A stretch of 64,000 nt of DNA from Octopus vulgaris (GCA_951406725.2 OX597822.1:98580001-98644000), one strand, 5' to 3'. Positions 12,705 through 25,216 are shown, counted from the first letter of the stretch. The notes: generated by a model from the sequence alone, not told the origin. Translations and numbers: made by a program.

Positions 12705-13036
12705 ATAGTTTAATCTGACAAATATATAGAGTTCTAAACTAGTAGTATGATATATATCAAAAATGTTTATTTAAGTTTTAATTCCTATACATTGACATGC
12801 TCCTACACTCTTTCTGTTTCCTCATTCAACATTTTTACTTCAAATTTTCTTTCTTGACCTTGTATCTATAAGTCATCTAAAGGGAAAAAATTGTTTTGTA
12901 TTCAAATTATTCTTATTTCTCCCCTCGAATATGACTCTCAACCTTTATCATTTTATATAAAGACGTAAGTTAAATGAATCGTTACAGTGTCAAGAATCCC
13001 CTTACATTATTTCCACCATTTCTTTCTTTTTTTTTT

Positions 13037-13178
<142 letters not shown>

Positions 13179-13588
13179 AGGCGCAGGAGTGGCTGTGTGG
13201 TAAGTAGCTTGATTACCAACCACATGGTTCCGGGTTCAGTCCCATTGCGTGGCATCTTGGGCAAATGTCTTCTGCTATAGCCCCGGGCCGACCAATGCCT
13301 TGTGAGTGGATTTGGTAGACGGAAACTGAAAGAAGCCTGTCGTATATATGTATATATATATATGTGTGTGTGTGTGTATGTGTGCGTTTGTGTTTGTCTA
13401 CCTAGCATTGCTTGACAACCGATGCTGGTGTGTTTACATCCCCGTCACTTAGCGGTTCGGCAAAAGAGACCGATAGAATAAGTACTGGGCTTACAAAGAA
13501 TAAGTCCCGGGGTCGATTTGTTCGACTAAAGGTGGTGCTCCAGCATGGCCGCAGTCAAATGACTGAAACAAGTAAAAGAGTAAAGAGT
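13179..13588 (+). mobile_element. SINE family A, full length
   Basis: GGCGCAGGAGTGGCTGTGTGG ... GTAAAAGAGTAAAGAG. Confidence 0.9.
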
Positions 13589-13923
13589 ATATATTAATAA
13601 TAAAATATTAGGGAATGAATCCAAACTTACAAGGAAAAATCAGATTTAGGATTGAATCCAATTTTATAGTAAAATATTATATTATATTAAATTAGAGATA
13701 AAACCACTATTAGGAAAATCAAACAATGAAAAACTTAAGCCAATACATAAAATTAATTAATTTATATTATTTTAAATATTATTTTAAATGTGTTTTACTC
13801 ATTATCTTTTATTAAACTTTTAATACTTTTGATATATATTTAAAATAATATAAATTAATTAATTTTATGTATTGGCTTAAGTTTTTCATTGTTTGATTTG
13901 CCTAATAGTGGTTTTATCTCTAA

Positions 13924-13992
<69 letters not shown>

Positions 13993-14738
13993 TCTGAGTT
14001 CAAATCTTGTCGTGATCATATTTGCCTTTCATCTGTTTCGTTGTCGATAAAATAGAGTATCAGTATTGAATGTATTAACTAAAACCCTATTCTGAAATTG
14101 TTGACCTTGCTTAAATTAGAAACTAATATTTACAAAATATAACAGAACTATATATTATATTTTTTAGAGCGACATTATTTCTTATTTCAGTTGTCTCTTC
14201 TTATGATTCATCTATTGAAATCAATTGATCATATTGTAATATATTGAGCAAGTTTCAACAAAAAATAATTAAAGAAAAAAAAAACTCAGCAGCTGATTCA
14301 ACTTTATTATATTTACTGTCTAACTCTTCCTCGTAGTTTCAAGCATGACGCTCTGTCCGCTACGAACCATTATTTTTCTCTTCCACAATTTTACAATTCA
14401 AATTCCAGCCGTTTGATTTCACGTTTCTTTCATAACTGCTAGACTATTGTATTGATATTAGATACGTTTAAATTCACACTGAACGTACACGTTTAAACAT
14501 ACTTGTTCATATTTAAACATACTTATTCATATTTATGAATATTTTATCTCTTTCTCATTCTACTTTAATCTCGTCATGTCTTTATTGCAGCCATCAACTG
14601 AAACACTTTACATGTATTGATTTTTTCAACACGTATTTTGGGTCTTAATTTGTTTCACTCAATCTCTCACTGTCTCTCAATGTCTTAGATCTACGTGTAA
14701 AGAAAAACCTCTATATCTGTTTATATGTTTATACAATA

Positions 14739-15134
14739 CTAGCAGTATCGCCCGGCGTTGCTCGGGTTTGTAAGGGAAATAACTATATAAGCGTTTTTAG
14801 AGAGTTATAGCCAAAAAATAGCAAAAAATGCATTAAAAATGGGAAAAAAATGATGGTAATTTTTTTTTTAAATCGTTGACTCATCGTAGACATTTTTAGA
14901 GAGTTACGTCCCTTATATAATAGCGAGAAAATGCATTAAAATGGAAAAAAATTATGGTAATTTTTTTTAAAATCGTAGACTCATCGTAGACGCGCGCTAA
15001 TACCCAGAAGGGCTCGATATGAATCACGACTATAAGATACCCGGTTTTGGTTAAACTGCACCGCAAAATGTGGGAGTAGTTAGGAATCTAAATCGTAGGA
15101 GACAGACACACAACTTCTCTTTTATATATAAAGA
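14739..15134 (-). mobile_element. Non-autonomous Helitron
   Basis: Minus strand starts TCTTTATATATAAAAG, ends with hairpin CCCGAGCAACGCCGGG then CTAG, sits between A and T with no TSD; internal about 110-bp tandem duplication. Confidence 0.8.
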
Positions 15135-15895
15135 TATATATGTACACACACGAACGCACACACGGAACTCATAAACACACACACACAGATGTATCCGAGA
15201 GTGTAGCAAAATAGATTTAGTTTGTCTTTTTTTATTATTCCTATAAACATCAAGTTTTACGTTACTTTTCACGTGATTCTCTTGCCAATACAAGAATGTT
15301 ATGCTGTAATCGTTGCGTAAATGATTCCTTAATTTCATCGAAACGCTAAATGTTCAGAGAAAAATAGTATTTTAGACAGTTCGTATCTAACATTGTCAGT
15401 CAGCTGAAGAACCTAAATAGCAAATGGGTAAAAAAAACTATTTTCTTCTGATGATGTCGTGCTTCAGTATTGTTATGCAATCGCCTACATAACGATTACC
15501 GCATAGCATAGTAGTATAAGCCAGTTGACTACCTGTAAATATTACGTTATTTATGATGATATAATAAAAACACACACTAAATCACCTGCTTTTTGCTGCT
15601 CTCGAATATACATTCTGTAAATACCATGCAGAAATCGGTTGACAAATTAAATTTATTACTTGATTGGAATTTACCATGTTGCGCCAGACTTCACGGTCCA
15701 TCATAGCATTGGTTAATCGTTATGCTATTTCATTCGTAATAGCAATTTATACAAGCACATACGTACGCACGTGCGCATACACACACATACACTCAAACAG
15801 ATACAGGTACAAACACGTATATGTGTACATGTATATATTTATAGCTTAATGCATAAAATATGTATTTATATATTTTATGAAATGTATCGTAGTAT

Positions 15896-16110
15896 ACTCT
15901 TTTTACTCTTTTAAATTGTTTCAGTCATTTGACTGCGGCCATGCTGGAGCACCGCCTTTAGTCGAGCAAAATCGACCCCGGGACTTATTCTTTGTAAGCC
16001 CAGTACTTATTCTATCAGTCTCTTTTGCCGAACCGCTAAGTGACGGGTACTTAAACACACCAGCAACGGTTGTCAAGCAATGCTAGGGGGACAAACACAC
16101 ACACACATAC

Positions 16111-16171
<61 letters not shown>

Positions 16172-16233
16172 TACGACAGGCTTCTTTCAGTTTCCGTCTA
16201 CCAAATCCAGTCACAAGGCATTGGTCGGCCCGG
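15896..16233 (-). mobile_element. SINE family A, head missing
   Basis: Homology to family A ends at GGTCGGCCCGGG. Confidence 0.85.
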
Positions 16234-17695
16234 GAGGCATTAGTCGGTATATGCACATTTTCATACAATACACACATAATGCAAGTTTTAAGAGTTGTTT
16301 AGGCTTCTTAAATAATGTATTGCTGAACAAGGTGATAGAACACTTAGGAGGCAGATAGAAAATAATGGATATGACGAAAGCATAAATTCAAACCACCTTA
16401 ACTCCCTTCACTTCACTTTTATCATCTAATAACTATGGCCAAAGCTGTTGGTCAGCCATACGATGACATATCTGTCACCTGCTATCCCTCTTACCTAGTC
16501 TATCTGCATCATTATACGGATTAGCATGCATCTATTCTAATGCAACTATCATTCAGTCTTTCCTTCACACACCAGAACCTTATTCTTACACAATCCTAAC
16601 TCACTCTCTATTCTAATGTGGAACTGATAAACGGAAAGTACTAATATCCAAGATTAGGGATATTTCTTCATTTTTATATTTTCCTGATTTCTCCCTCTCC
16701 GATGACGGTATACTTAGCCTATAGAATCCTTACTCAACAATATGATCCACATGTCTGGCTATTCTAGAAACGGCTCTAAGATACTCTGTCTGTTTAAATT
16801 CTCTATCTCATTTAAATGTTATTTTTAGTGATACCATATATTTTGCTTTTTCAGTTTTTATGTTATTCTCTCTCTCTCTTTCTGTGTATATATATATATA
16901 ATAACAATTTAATAAATAAAACATACGGATACATACATACACATATGTACATACCTACATCTATATGTATATATAAATGCATATATGAGTAGAAATTGTT
17001 GGTTTCCTTGTCCTGTCTTTTACTGTTTTTATCTTTATTTGTACTGTTTTCTTTCTTTATTTGTATTGCTTTTTACGTCCTGTTCTTGTCACCTTTTTTT
17101 ACCCCTCCGCAAAAATTTTTTATCTAATTCATTTTGCGGGAAGGATTATTTCAAGTAGTCGTGTTCTGGCCTTACCTTCGAAAGACGCAATAAGTCGAAA
17201 CAGGGGCAGCTGAAGAAGGGGAATGTTTCCTCTGTTGTTTGTCTTGTACTCAGTTTTTTTGTTATTAAAAATAGTCCGTTTCCTTGTTTTGTTTTTATGT
17301 TTTCGTTTCTCGTTGTGTTCTACGTTTATTTGTGGTGTCCTGTACTCATATATTTATGTATATATACATACAGATGTAGGTATGTACATTTATGTATGTA
17401 CGTATATGTTTTATTTTTTAAATTGTTATATGATCGAACGCACGCTTCGTTGTCTTCTTCTTCCAAGTACGTTTTATATATATATATAATGTATATGTAA
17501 AATAGGCTACTTATGTTTTAAATTACTCATCGTTATGATGTTTATAAGAAATTATTACAACGGAACTGGTAAAATGTACAGATACTGGTGCAGGTATGAC
17601 AAACAAATATCCATTCTTATCATAAAACATGAAAATAAATGTGAGAAGAAGTCATAGTTATGAGATATGAACTTTAGAAAATGCACTTCTCAACG

Positions 17696-17736
<41 letters not shown>

Positions 17737-18764
17737 TCTCTCTTTCTCTCTCTCTCTCTCTTCAGTATTTAGTTTTCCAAAATGTTCGCGACAAATGAAT
17801 ATCAGGTTAGTGAGTGCGTGATCTATATCCTTGCCAACCGAAAATAAATCAGTAGGAGATTGATCTAAAGAAAGATATGATTAATCTGGTAAAGTATATT
17901 GAAAACCTCAAACTCTGATAACTATATGACAATTAATCCTTGATTCATGCTACTTTTTTTCCAGATAAATTGATTATAGTGAAACAATTTTTCTAATGGC
18001 TAAAATCTATAGTCAGTGTAACTATCATCGATCTAATATTGGAAGTATAGTATCGCTGTTTAACCCATGTCAACAGGCAAAGACACATAAACAGAAGAGG
18101 ATATCTCAAATAGAACAGGAGCTTGCAACATAAAAATAAAACCACGCATTCAATAAGAAAAATCGAAACATCTTAATGCTATCCGAAAATGTAAATCCAG
18201 ATGTGATAAAAACAAAAATCAATACAAAACGTTCCGTTATTGAAGTATTTGAACGACTCTATTTTTATAATAAAGATTTCCAATTCAAAAATGAGATGAT
18301 GAATTCGAGTAGATAGCTTCTCCCAATCTGAAATTAGATTTTACCGTGAATGATAAAATATAAAGATTGAAAATATTTCATTGTTTTCCGAAAATTAATT
18401 TCTAGTGAAAAATAGAACAAGCTCACTTTTGTAAACTGAAACACACGTCTATTGCCTTCCGGACGAATGCGTTATCAATTATACCTTCCATATATGTTCC
18501 TCTCCCCCCTCCCTCTCTCTCTCTCTTCCACTCTTTCTCTGAGACGTTAGTTCTCCTGGTCATCAAAAGTGCATCATGCTATATTCTCTTGCTGCGTTTT
18601 CCATTTGTTGGATCATCTGCTAATCTATGAAATCTGACAAAACCAGTTGATGCGCACGAAATATCGAAGTAGAGGTATCTGTTCAAGTCATCAGACAAGT
18701 ATTGTTTTTTATTTCTCTCTTAGAGTTGATAATTAGTAGTTTGTATTGAGCGTTATTGCACGAT

Positions 18765-19139
18765 AATGGCCCAGTGGTTAGGGCAGCGGACTCGCGGTCA
18801 TAGGATCGCGGTTTCGATTCCCAGACCGGGCGTTGTGAGTGTTTATTGAGCGAAAACACCTAAAGCTCCACCGGGCTCCGGCAGGGATGGTGGTGATCCC
18901 TGCTGTACTCTTTCGCCACAACTTTCTCTCACTCTTACTTCCTATTTCTGTTGTACCTGTATTTCAAAGGGCCGGCCTTGTCACTCTCTGTGTCACGCTG
19001 AATATCCCCGAGAACTACATTAAGGGTACACGTGTCTGTGGAGTGCTCAGCCAATTACACGTTAATTTCACGAGCAGGCTGTTCCGTTGATTCGGATCAA
19101 CCGGAACCCTCGTCGTCGTAACCGACGGAGTGCTTCCAC
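18765..19139 (+). mobile_element. tRNA-derived SINE, family C
   Basis: A box TGGCCCAGTGG, B box GTTTCGATTCC, tail ..ACCGACGGAGTGCTTCCA; 10-bp TSD ATTGCACGAT at 18755-18764 and 19140-19149. Confidence 0.9.
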
Positions 19140-19200
19140 ATTGCACGATGCTTCCATCGTAAATTCTATATCGAGAATCCAAACCCCGTGAAGTTCATAA

Positions 19201-19605
19201 CAGGAGTGGCTGTGTGGTAAGTAGCTTGCTTACCAACCATATGGTTCCGGGTTCAGTCCCACTGAGTGGCACCTTGAGCAAGTGTCTTCTACTATAGCCT
19301 CGGGCCGACCAAAACCTTGTGAGTGGATTTGGTAGACAGAAACTGAAAGAAGCCCGTCGTATATATGTGTATATATATGTGTGTGTGTATGTGTGTGTGT
19401 TTGTGTGTCTGTGTTTGTCCCCCCAACATCTCTTGACAACCGATGCTGTTGTGCTTACGTCCCCGTAACTTAGCGGTTCAGCAAAAGAAACCGATAGAAT
19501 AAGTACTAAGGCTTACAAGGAATAATTCCTCGGGTCGATTTGCTCGACTAAAGGCGGTGATCCAGCATGAACGCAGTCAAATGACTGAAACAAGTAAAAG
19601 AGTAA
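19201..19605 (+). mobile_element. SINE family A
   Basis: Homology to family A. Confidence 0.9.
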
Positions 19606-19646
19606 ATGAATGAAATATTTTACCAGTAAATGAATGAAATATTCTG

Positions 19647-19872
19647 CGAGCTGGCAGAAACGTTAGCACGCCGGGCGAAATGCTTAGCGGTATTTCGTCT
19701 GCGTTACGTTGTGAGTTCAAATTCCGCCGAGGTCGACTTTACCTTTCATCCTTTCGGGGTCGATAAATTAAGTACCAGTTACGCACTGGGGTCGATGTAA
19801 TTGACTTAATACCTATGTCTGTCCTTGTTTGTCCCTTCTATGTTTAGCCCCTTGTGGGTAATAAAGAAATAG
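19647..19872 (+). mobile_element. SINE family B
   Basis: GCGAGCTGGCAGAAACGTTAGCACG ... GGGTAATAAAGAAATAG. Confidence 0.9.
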
Positions 19873-20623
19873 AAATATTTTACCATTACATCATAACATA
19901 TGTGCTACTGTCCACAGCCCAACATACCAGTGTTATAACGAGACTGTTGTAAATTTTGAATTACGGATTTATTCATGTAATATAATTTCTGTTGCTTGTG
20001 ATGTGTTCAGCCCATCATTCTGAAATACGTCTAACGCGTACTAAAGCTCACACAACACAAAAAAACATTCATTACATTAGTTGCAAAGCATTAGTCTTTT
20101 ATTTCTGTTAATCACGGAAATCAAGATAATCTGCACTCTACACGGCATGTCCGGAGAACATTTGAGCTAGTCTATGTATGAATGTGTATCTCATTTTCAA
20201 ATTTCTTGTTTTGTGTGACCTATCGAATTACGCACAATGATTAAGGAGTACTAAAAAGGAGTACAGTTTAACATCGACCTTAGACCTTAGTCCAAAGTCG
20301 ATGTTAAACTGTATTCTTTGTTAGTCCCACTACGATGCAATTGATAAACCCAACTTTGTGTGATACGCAAGAAGGAACAACCAAATGGTTACGTTCAGTC
20401 AAACTACGTCGTAATCCATATTCGTAAATAAATCACTCAAAATTAAAGGTTCTTTCACTATCAGCCCGATTCGACTATCAAAATGGTTTGATGTATCGTA
20501 GTATGCATTATCTAAAATTATGAATTAGTATTACTAGCGTGTGCAATTTGAAATATCAAAGAGATTGAAATGAATTCGGACACACAACTCGGTGGTTTGG
20601 CATCGCTATACAATCGGCCATTT

Positions 20624-20858
20624 AAGGCGGCGAGCTGGCAGAAACGTTAGCACACCGGGCGAAATGTGTAGCCGTATTTCGTCTGCCATTACGTTCTGAG
20701 TTCAAATTCCGCCGAGGTCTACTTTGCCTTTCATCCTTTCTGAGTCGATAAAATTAAGTACCAGTTACGCACTGGGGTCGATGTAATCGACTTAATCCGT
20801 TTGTCTATCCTTGTTTGTCCCCTCTGTGTTTAAGCCCGTTGTGAGTAGTAAAGAAATA
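20624..20858 (+). mobile_element. SINE family B, full length with 17-bp TSD
   Basis: TSD TATACAATCGGCCATTT at 20607-20623 and 20859-20875. Confidence 0.92.
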
Positions 20859-21509
20859 TATACAATCGGCCATTTCACACTAGCAAAGTTCTATCATTTT
20901 ATAGCTATGTGTATAAAAGAAGTTGGAAAAATGAATCCCAAATATACCAAATAAAGAAAATGTGAATATTTACTATGAGGTTTCACGTTATCTGTCGCTG
21001 TTTACTTAAACACAATTACGATATACAAAGTTTATAGATATTACGAGTATCTGGAGTATAAATTGACCAGGAATGGACAAAGGAAAGAAATAGTCCCTTT
21101 ATCTAACAGAGATCAATAATAGCAGTTTTAGAGAGGCAAAACAAATATGAATTTTGAGATATCCTAATTGAGGAATCTTATAAGTTTGTCTACTTAAACA
21201 CATGACAGAAGCTATGCAGTAGATAAACGCGCGTCAATCTAGGCAGCACAATTTTAGCTCATGTAAAAAATATATAAAACTAAAATTTTGCAACAAGAGG
21301 ATGCTATCAGTTAATGTAATTGTGAATTAAACAAACGAGGCCTGAGCGCTAATGTATTCATACAGAAAAAAATGGCATATTTATAAATATTTGCCAATCG
21401 AAGCATTTAACTAAGTATGAGTCAATCAATCTATTTGTTAATGTATTGTTCTCCCTCTTTTTCCCCTCGGTCTTGTTCTCTCAGTATATATGTGTATATA
21501 TGTATATAT

Positions 21510-22120
21510 ACAGTGAAAGAAAGAAGATCATTGAAAAACGCAGGGGATTCTCCAAAACGAACACCAAAGCAGGTCTTCACCCAAACAAAGTTCTGTTATC
21601 GATATGGTGGGATTGGAATGGTGTTATCTTTTTTGAACTTCTTCCCTTGAATAAAACCATCAATTCAGAGGTTTATTGTGAACAACTGGATAAATTAAAC
21701 ACGGCTCTTCATAAAAAACGCCCAGAACTGGGGAATCGCAAAGGCGTTGTTTTCCACCATGACAACGCAAGGCCACACACTGCTTTGATTACTCGGCAGA
21801 AGTTGTTGTAGCTTGAGTGGGAAGTTTTGCCTTACCCTCCGTACTCTCCAGATCTGGTCCCATCAGATTTCCATCTGTTTCGGTCACTGCAAAATTCATT
21901 GAATGGAAAAAATTTTAATTCTGAAAACTTTCTTGGAAACTTTTTTTGCTAATACAGAACCTAAATTCTTTGAACAGGGGATTAAAGATCTACCCAACAG
22001 GTGGCGAAAGTTTATAGAAGCAAATGGTAACTATCGTATTGATTAAAAACATTTTCACAATTGTTTACTTTGCTTTGATTTTCACCTAGAAAAAAACGAA
22101 CGGACTTTTGGGCCAACACA
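21510..22120 (+). pseudogene. Mariner (D,D34D) transposase, C-terminal half plus 3' TIR
   Basis: KAGLHPNKVLLSIWWD..FHHDNARPH..(stop)..PPYSPDLVPSDFHLFRSLQN..LPNRWRK..NGNY; TIR-like AAAAACGAACGGACTTTTGGGCCAAC at about 22091-22117 followed by (TA)n. Confidence 0.9.
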
Positions 22121-22121
22121 C

Positions 22122-22186
<65 letters not shown>

Positions 22187-22194
22187 CGTGCGTG

Positions 22195-22440
22195 TTTCTT
22201 TATTAGCCACACAGGACTGCACACAGACGGGACAGATTACAAAGTAGAGCTTTTCTTTTTTGGGGGAGAGAAAAGAAAAAAAAAAGATGGGTTAGGTTTT
22301 CAATCAAAAGGGATCGTAAAAGGGAAGGAAGAAAAAAAAGGGCGGGGGATAGAAAACGATCAATAGGTATCATGTATCACAGTGTCATGGTGTAAAGTGT
22401 GAAGGGGGAAGCAGATAAGGTTTATCCGTAGGAAGAAAAG

Positions 22441-22443
<3 letters not shown>
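22195..22443 (-). mobile_element. Probable LINE 3'-UTR fragment (L1/Tx1-like) between microsatellites
   Basis: Pyrimidine-rich minus strand ending CCTGTGTGGCTAATAAAGAAA next to (CA)n; no ORF is retained, so the clade call is inference. Confidence 0.45.
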
Positions 22444-22481
<38 letters not shown>

Positions 22482-22485
<4 letters not shown>

Positions 22486-22599
22486 GCCTGCTCGCTTAGC
22501 CAGCGGGGTGGCGTCATTTGAAGGCTAAAACAATGCGTAGCGCATTGTGATCAGCGATGTGTAGCAACATCTGATAGCCTGGTCGGTCACGTGATCACG

Positions 22600-22602
<3 letters not shown>
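22482..22602. mobile_element. Short unclassified interspersed repeat in (TA)n
   Basis: A diverged inverted copy lies at about 7540-7650 (CATTGTGATCAGCGA...GGTCGGTCACGTGATCA). Confidence 0.5.
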
Positions 22603-22640
<38 letters not shown>

Positions 22641-22999
22641 ACGATTTATTCGCGATCAGAATTGTTTGAAAAGATCGTGATTTAGGCCAAAACTGGGAAG
22701 TAAATGCAAGGCAAATCACATCTTCATGAGCCTCTAATTATTCAGTATCATCATTTGAAGTGGGATATTCTTTTAGGATTGAAAGGATAACAAGGTCATA
22801 CACCTAAGTGTTGATGTGTGTCCATGCCTCTGCATTTCTTCTCATTTTCCTTAAATACTTAAACCACCAGTGATGGAAGTAACCTTTTTATGAATTTTCA
22901 TTGCGAATGCAACGATTCATGAATGCAACTGATTAATTTAAGATACTTTGTAAAGTCTTATTTCTGTTCTAAACTAAAAGTCATCCAGAAAATTTCCCA

Positions 23000-23427
23000 G
23001 GAGCAGGAGTGGCTGTGTGGTAAGTAGCTTGCTAACCAACCTCATGGTTCCGGGTTCAGTCCCACTGCGTGGCATCTTGGGCAAGTGTCTTCTGCTATAG
23101 CCTCGGGCCGACCAATGCCTTGTGAGTGGATTTAGTAGACGGAAACTGAAAGAAGCCTGTCGTATATATGTATATATATATATGTATGTATGTGTGTGTG
23201 TGTGTATGTGTGTCTGTGTTTGTCCCCCTAGCATTGCTTGACAACCGATGCTGGTGTGTTTACGTCCCCGTCACTTAGCGGTTCGGCAAAAAGAGACCGA
23301 TAGAATAAGTACTGGGCTTACAAAAGAATAAGTCCCGGGGTCGATTTGATCGACTAAAGGCGGTGCTCCAGCATGGCCGCAGTCAAATGACTGAAACAAG
23401 TAAAAGAGAAAAGAGAAAGAGAAAGAG
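23000..23427 (+). mobile_element. SINE family A, full length
   Basis: Homology to family A; tail variant (AAAGAG)n. Confidence 0.9.
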
Positions 23428-23658
23428 GTCTCAATTTAAAGAGGATTGGAATAATGATGTAAAATAATACTAGATATGACGCAGCTTCTTTCTTTCTTCG
23501 AGATGACCGATCACTAACTAATGTTGTGTTTCCCCTTTATTTGAAGGTGATAATTAATTATTAAACAATAGTTGCTTTCTACACCTGTTGCTACCCTCCT
23601 ACAATAAATCCTTATTAGAATCTTCCATGAGCTATCTGTTGAATATAACCCGCATTAC

Positions 23659-24186
23659 ATGCATTCATGCATACATACATACATACATACATACATACAT
23701 ACATACATACATACATACATACATACATACATACATACATACATACATACATACATACATACATACATACATACATACATACATACATACATACATACAT
23801 ACATACATACATACATACATACATACATACATACATGCATACATACATACATACATACATACATTCATACATACATACATACATACTTACATACATACAT
23901 GCATACATACATACATACATACATACATTCATACATACGTACATACATGCATACATACATACATACATGCATACATACATACATACATACATACATACAT
24001 ACATACATACATACATACATACATACATACTTACATACTTACATACATACATTCATACATACATACATACATGCATACATACATACATACATACATACAT
24101 ACATACATACATACATACATACATACATACATACATACATACATACATACATACATACATACATACTTACATACATACATACATAC

Positions 24187-24227
<41 letters not shown>

Positions 24228-24345
24228 TATATACATACATACATGCATACATACATACATACATACATGCATACATGCATACATACATGCATACATACAT
24301 ACATACATACATACATACATACATACATACATACATACATACACA
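23659..24345. repeat. (ATAC)n tetranucleotide array, about 690 bp
   Basis: Directly visible; source of the HTYI/MYVC ORFs. Confidence 0.97.
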
Positions 24346-24480
24346 TTACAGTGAATGGCCTGCTTACGGGTTTCGAATATCTCTCATGCGTATTTGGACT
24401 GGTAACAAGTTTGAATTTATACACATCACCCGTATCAAATATATTTTCTCTCTCTTTTTCTCTCCTTGTTTCCTGTGTCC

Positions 24481-24516
24481 CTTTCTGTAGAAGAGCGTAG
24501 GCTCGAAACGTAAAAG
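24481..24516 (+). ncRNA. Minimal type I hammerhead-like motif (A6U core variant)
   Basis: CTTT-CTGTAGA-A-GAGC-GTAG-GCTC-GAAA-CG-TA-AAAG: stems I and II pair perfectly, palindromic ACGT replaces stem III. Confidence 0.55.
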
Positions 24517-24606
24517 ACTTTTTCTATTCCTGAGCGTTATACTAATACATCTGTTCGTTTTGTACACCACCTGTCTTCGTCTTTTGTTTTTTTCGTAAAC
24601 TCTCCC

Positions 24607-24694
<88 letters not shown>

Positions 24695-25216
24695 TGCGTG
24701 TGTGTGTCCGTGTGTATTTGTGCGTGTGTGTATATATATATGGGGAGGTTGAAGTTCTGTGTATGCTTGATGTGTGTGTGCGTGTGGTGTGACCGAAACG
24801 AACTTTCTGATTCATCAAGTAGATAATTTATTGTGTTTAGAGATTGCTTTTCGTTCAAAATGTTAGAAAAAGTAAGTCGATTTGATGTAATGTTTGTTAT
24901 GTAAGCTTGTAATTACATAAATATTAAGCCACACAATCTTTTTCATCTTTCATCTTTCAAATCTGTTTGAGAGATTGATATGATTTATGTACATTGAATT
25001 ATTTTATGTATGCACTGTTCTTTACTATTTCATTATCAGATATGGATATCTTGCTGAATACGCTATTATTTGACCGCTGTTTTGGCAGCTTTAAAGGGAT
25101 TCCCCTAATAGATGTTTTGTTATAAGTTTAAGAAATTAAAATTTTTTTTTTTTTAAATATAATATCACTTTTTCCTTTTCTTTTTATGAAGATGTATTTA
25201 TGCTACGCTTTCCATG

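Noticed and set aside
15448-15454. CTGATGA as a hammerhead core
   Set aside because: No stem II or downstream GAAA.
17170-17230. GAAAC followed by CTGAAGA as a type II hammerhead
   Set aside because: No U-H cleavage site or stem I can be formed between the motifs.
18765-18835. tRNA gene
   Set aside because: The tRNA-like A/B boxes are the head of a SINE with body, tail and TSD; the same applies to the other SINE heads.
23588-24500. 300-aa and 277-aa HTYI-repeat ORFs
   Set aside because: (ATAC)n has no stop codons in these frames.
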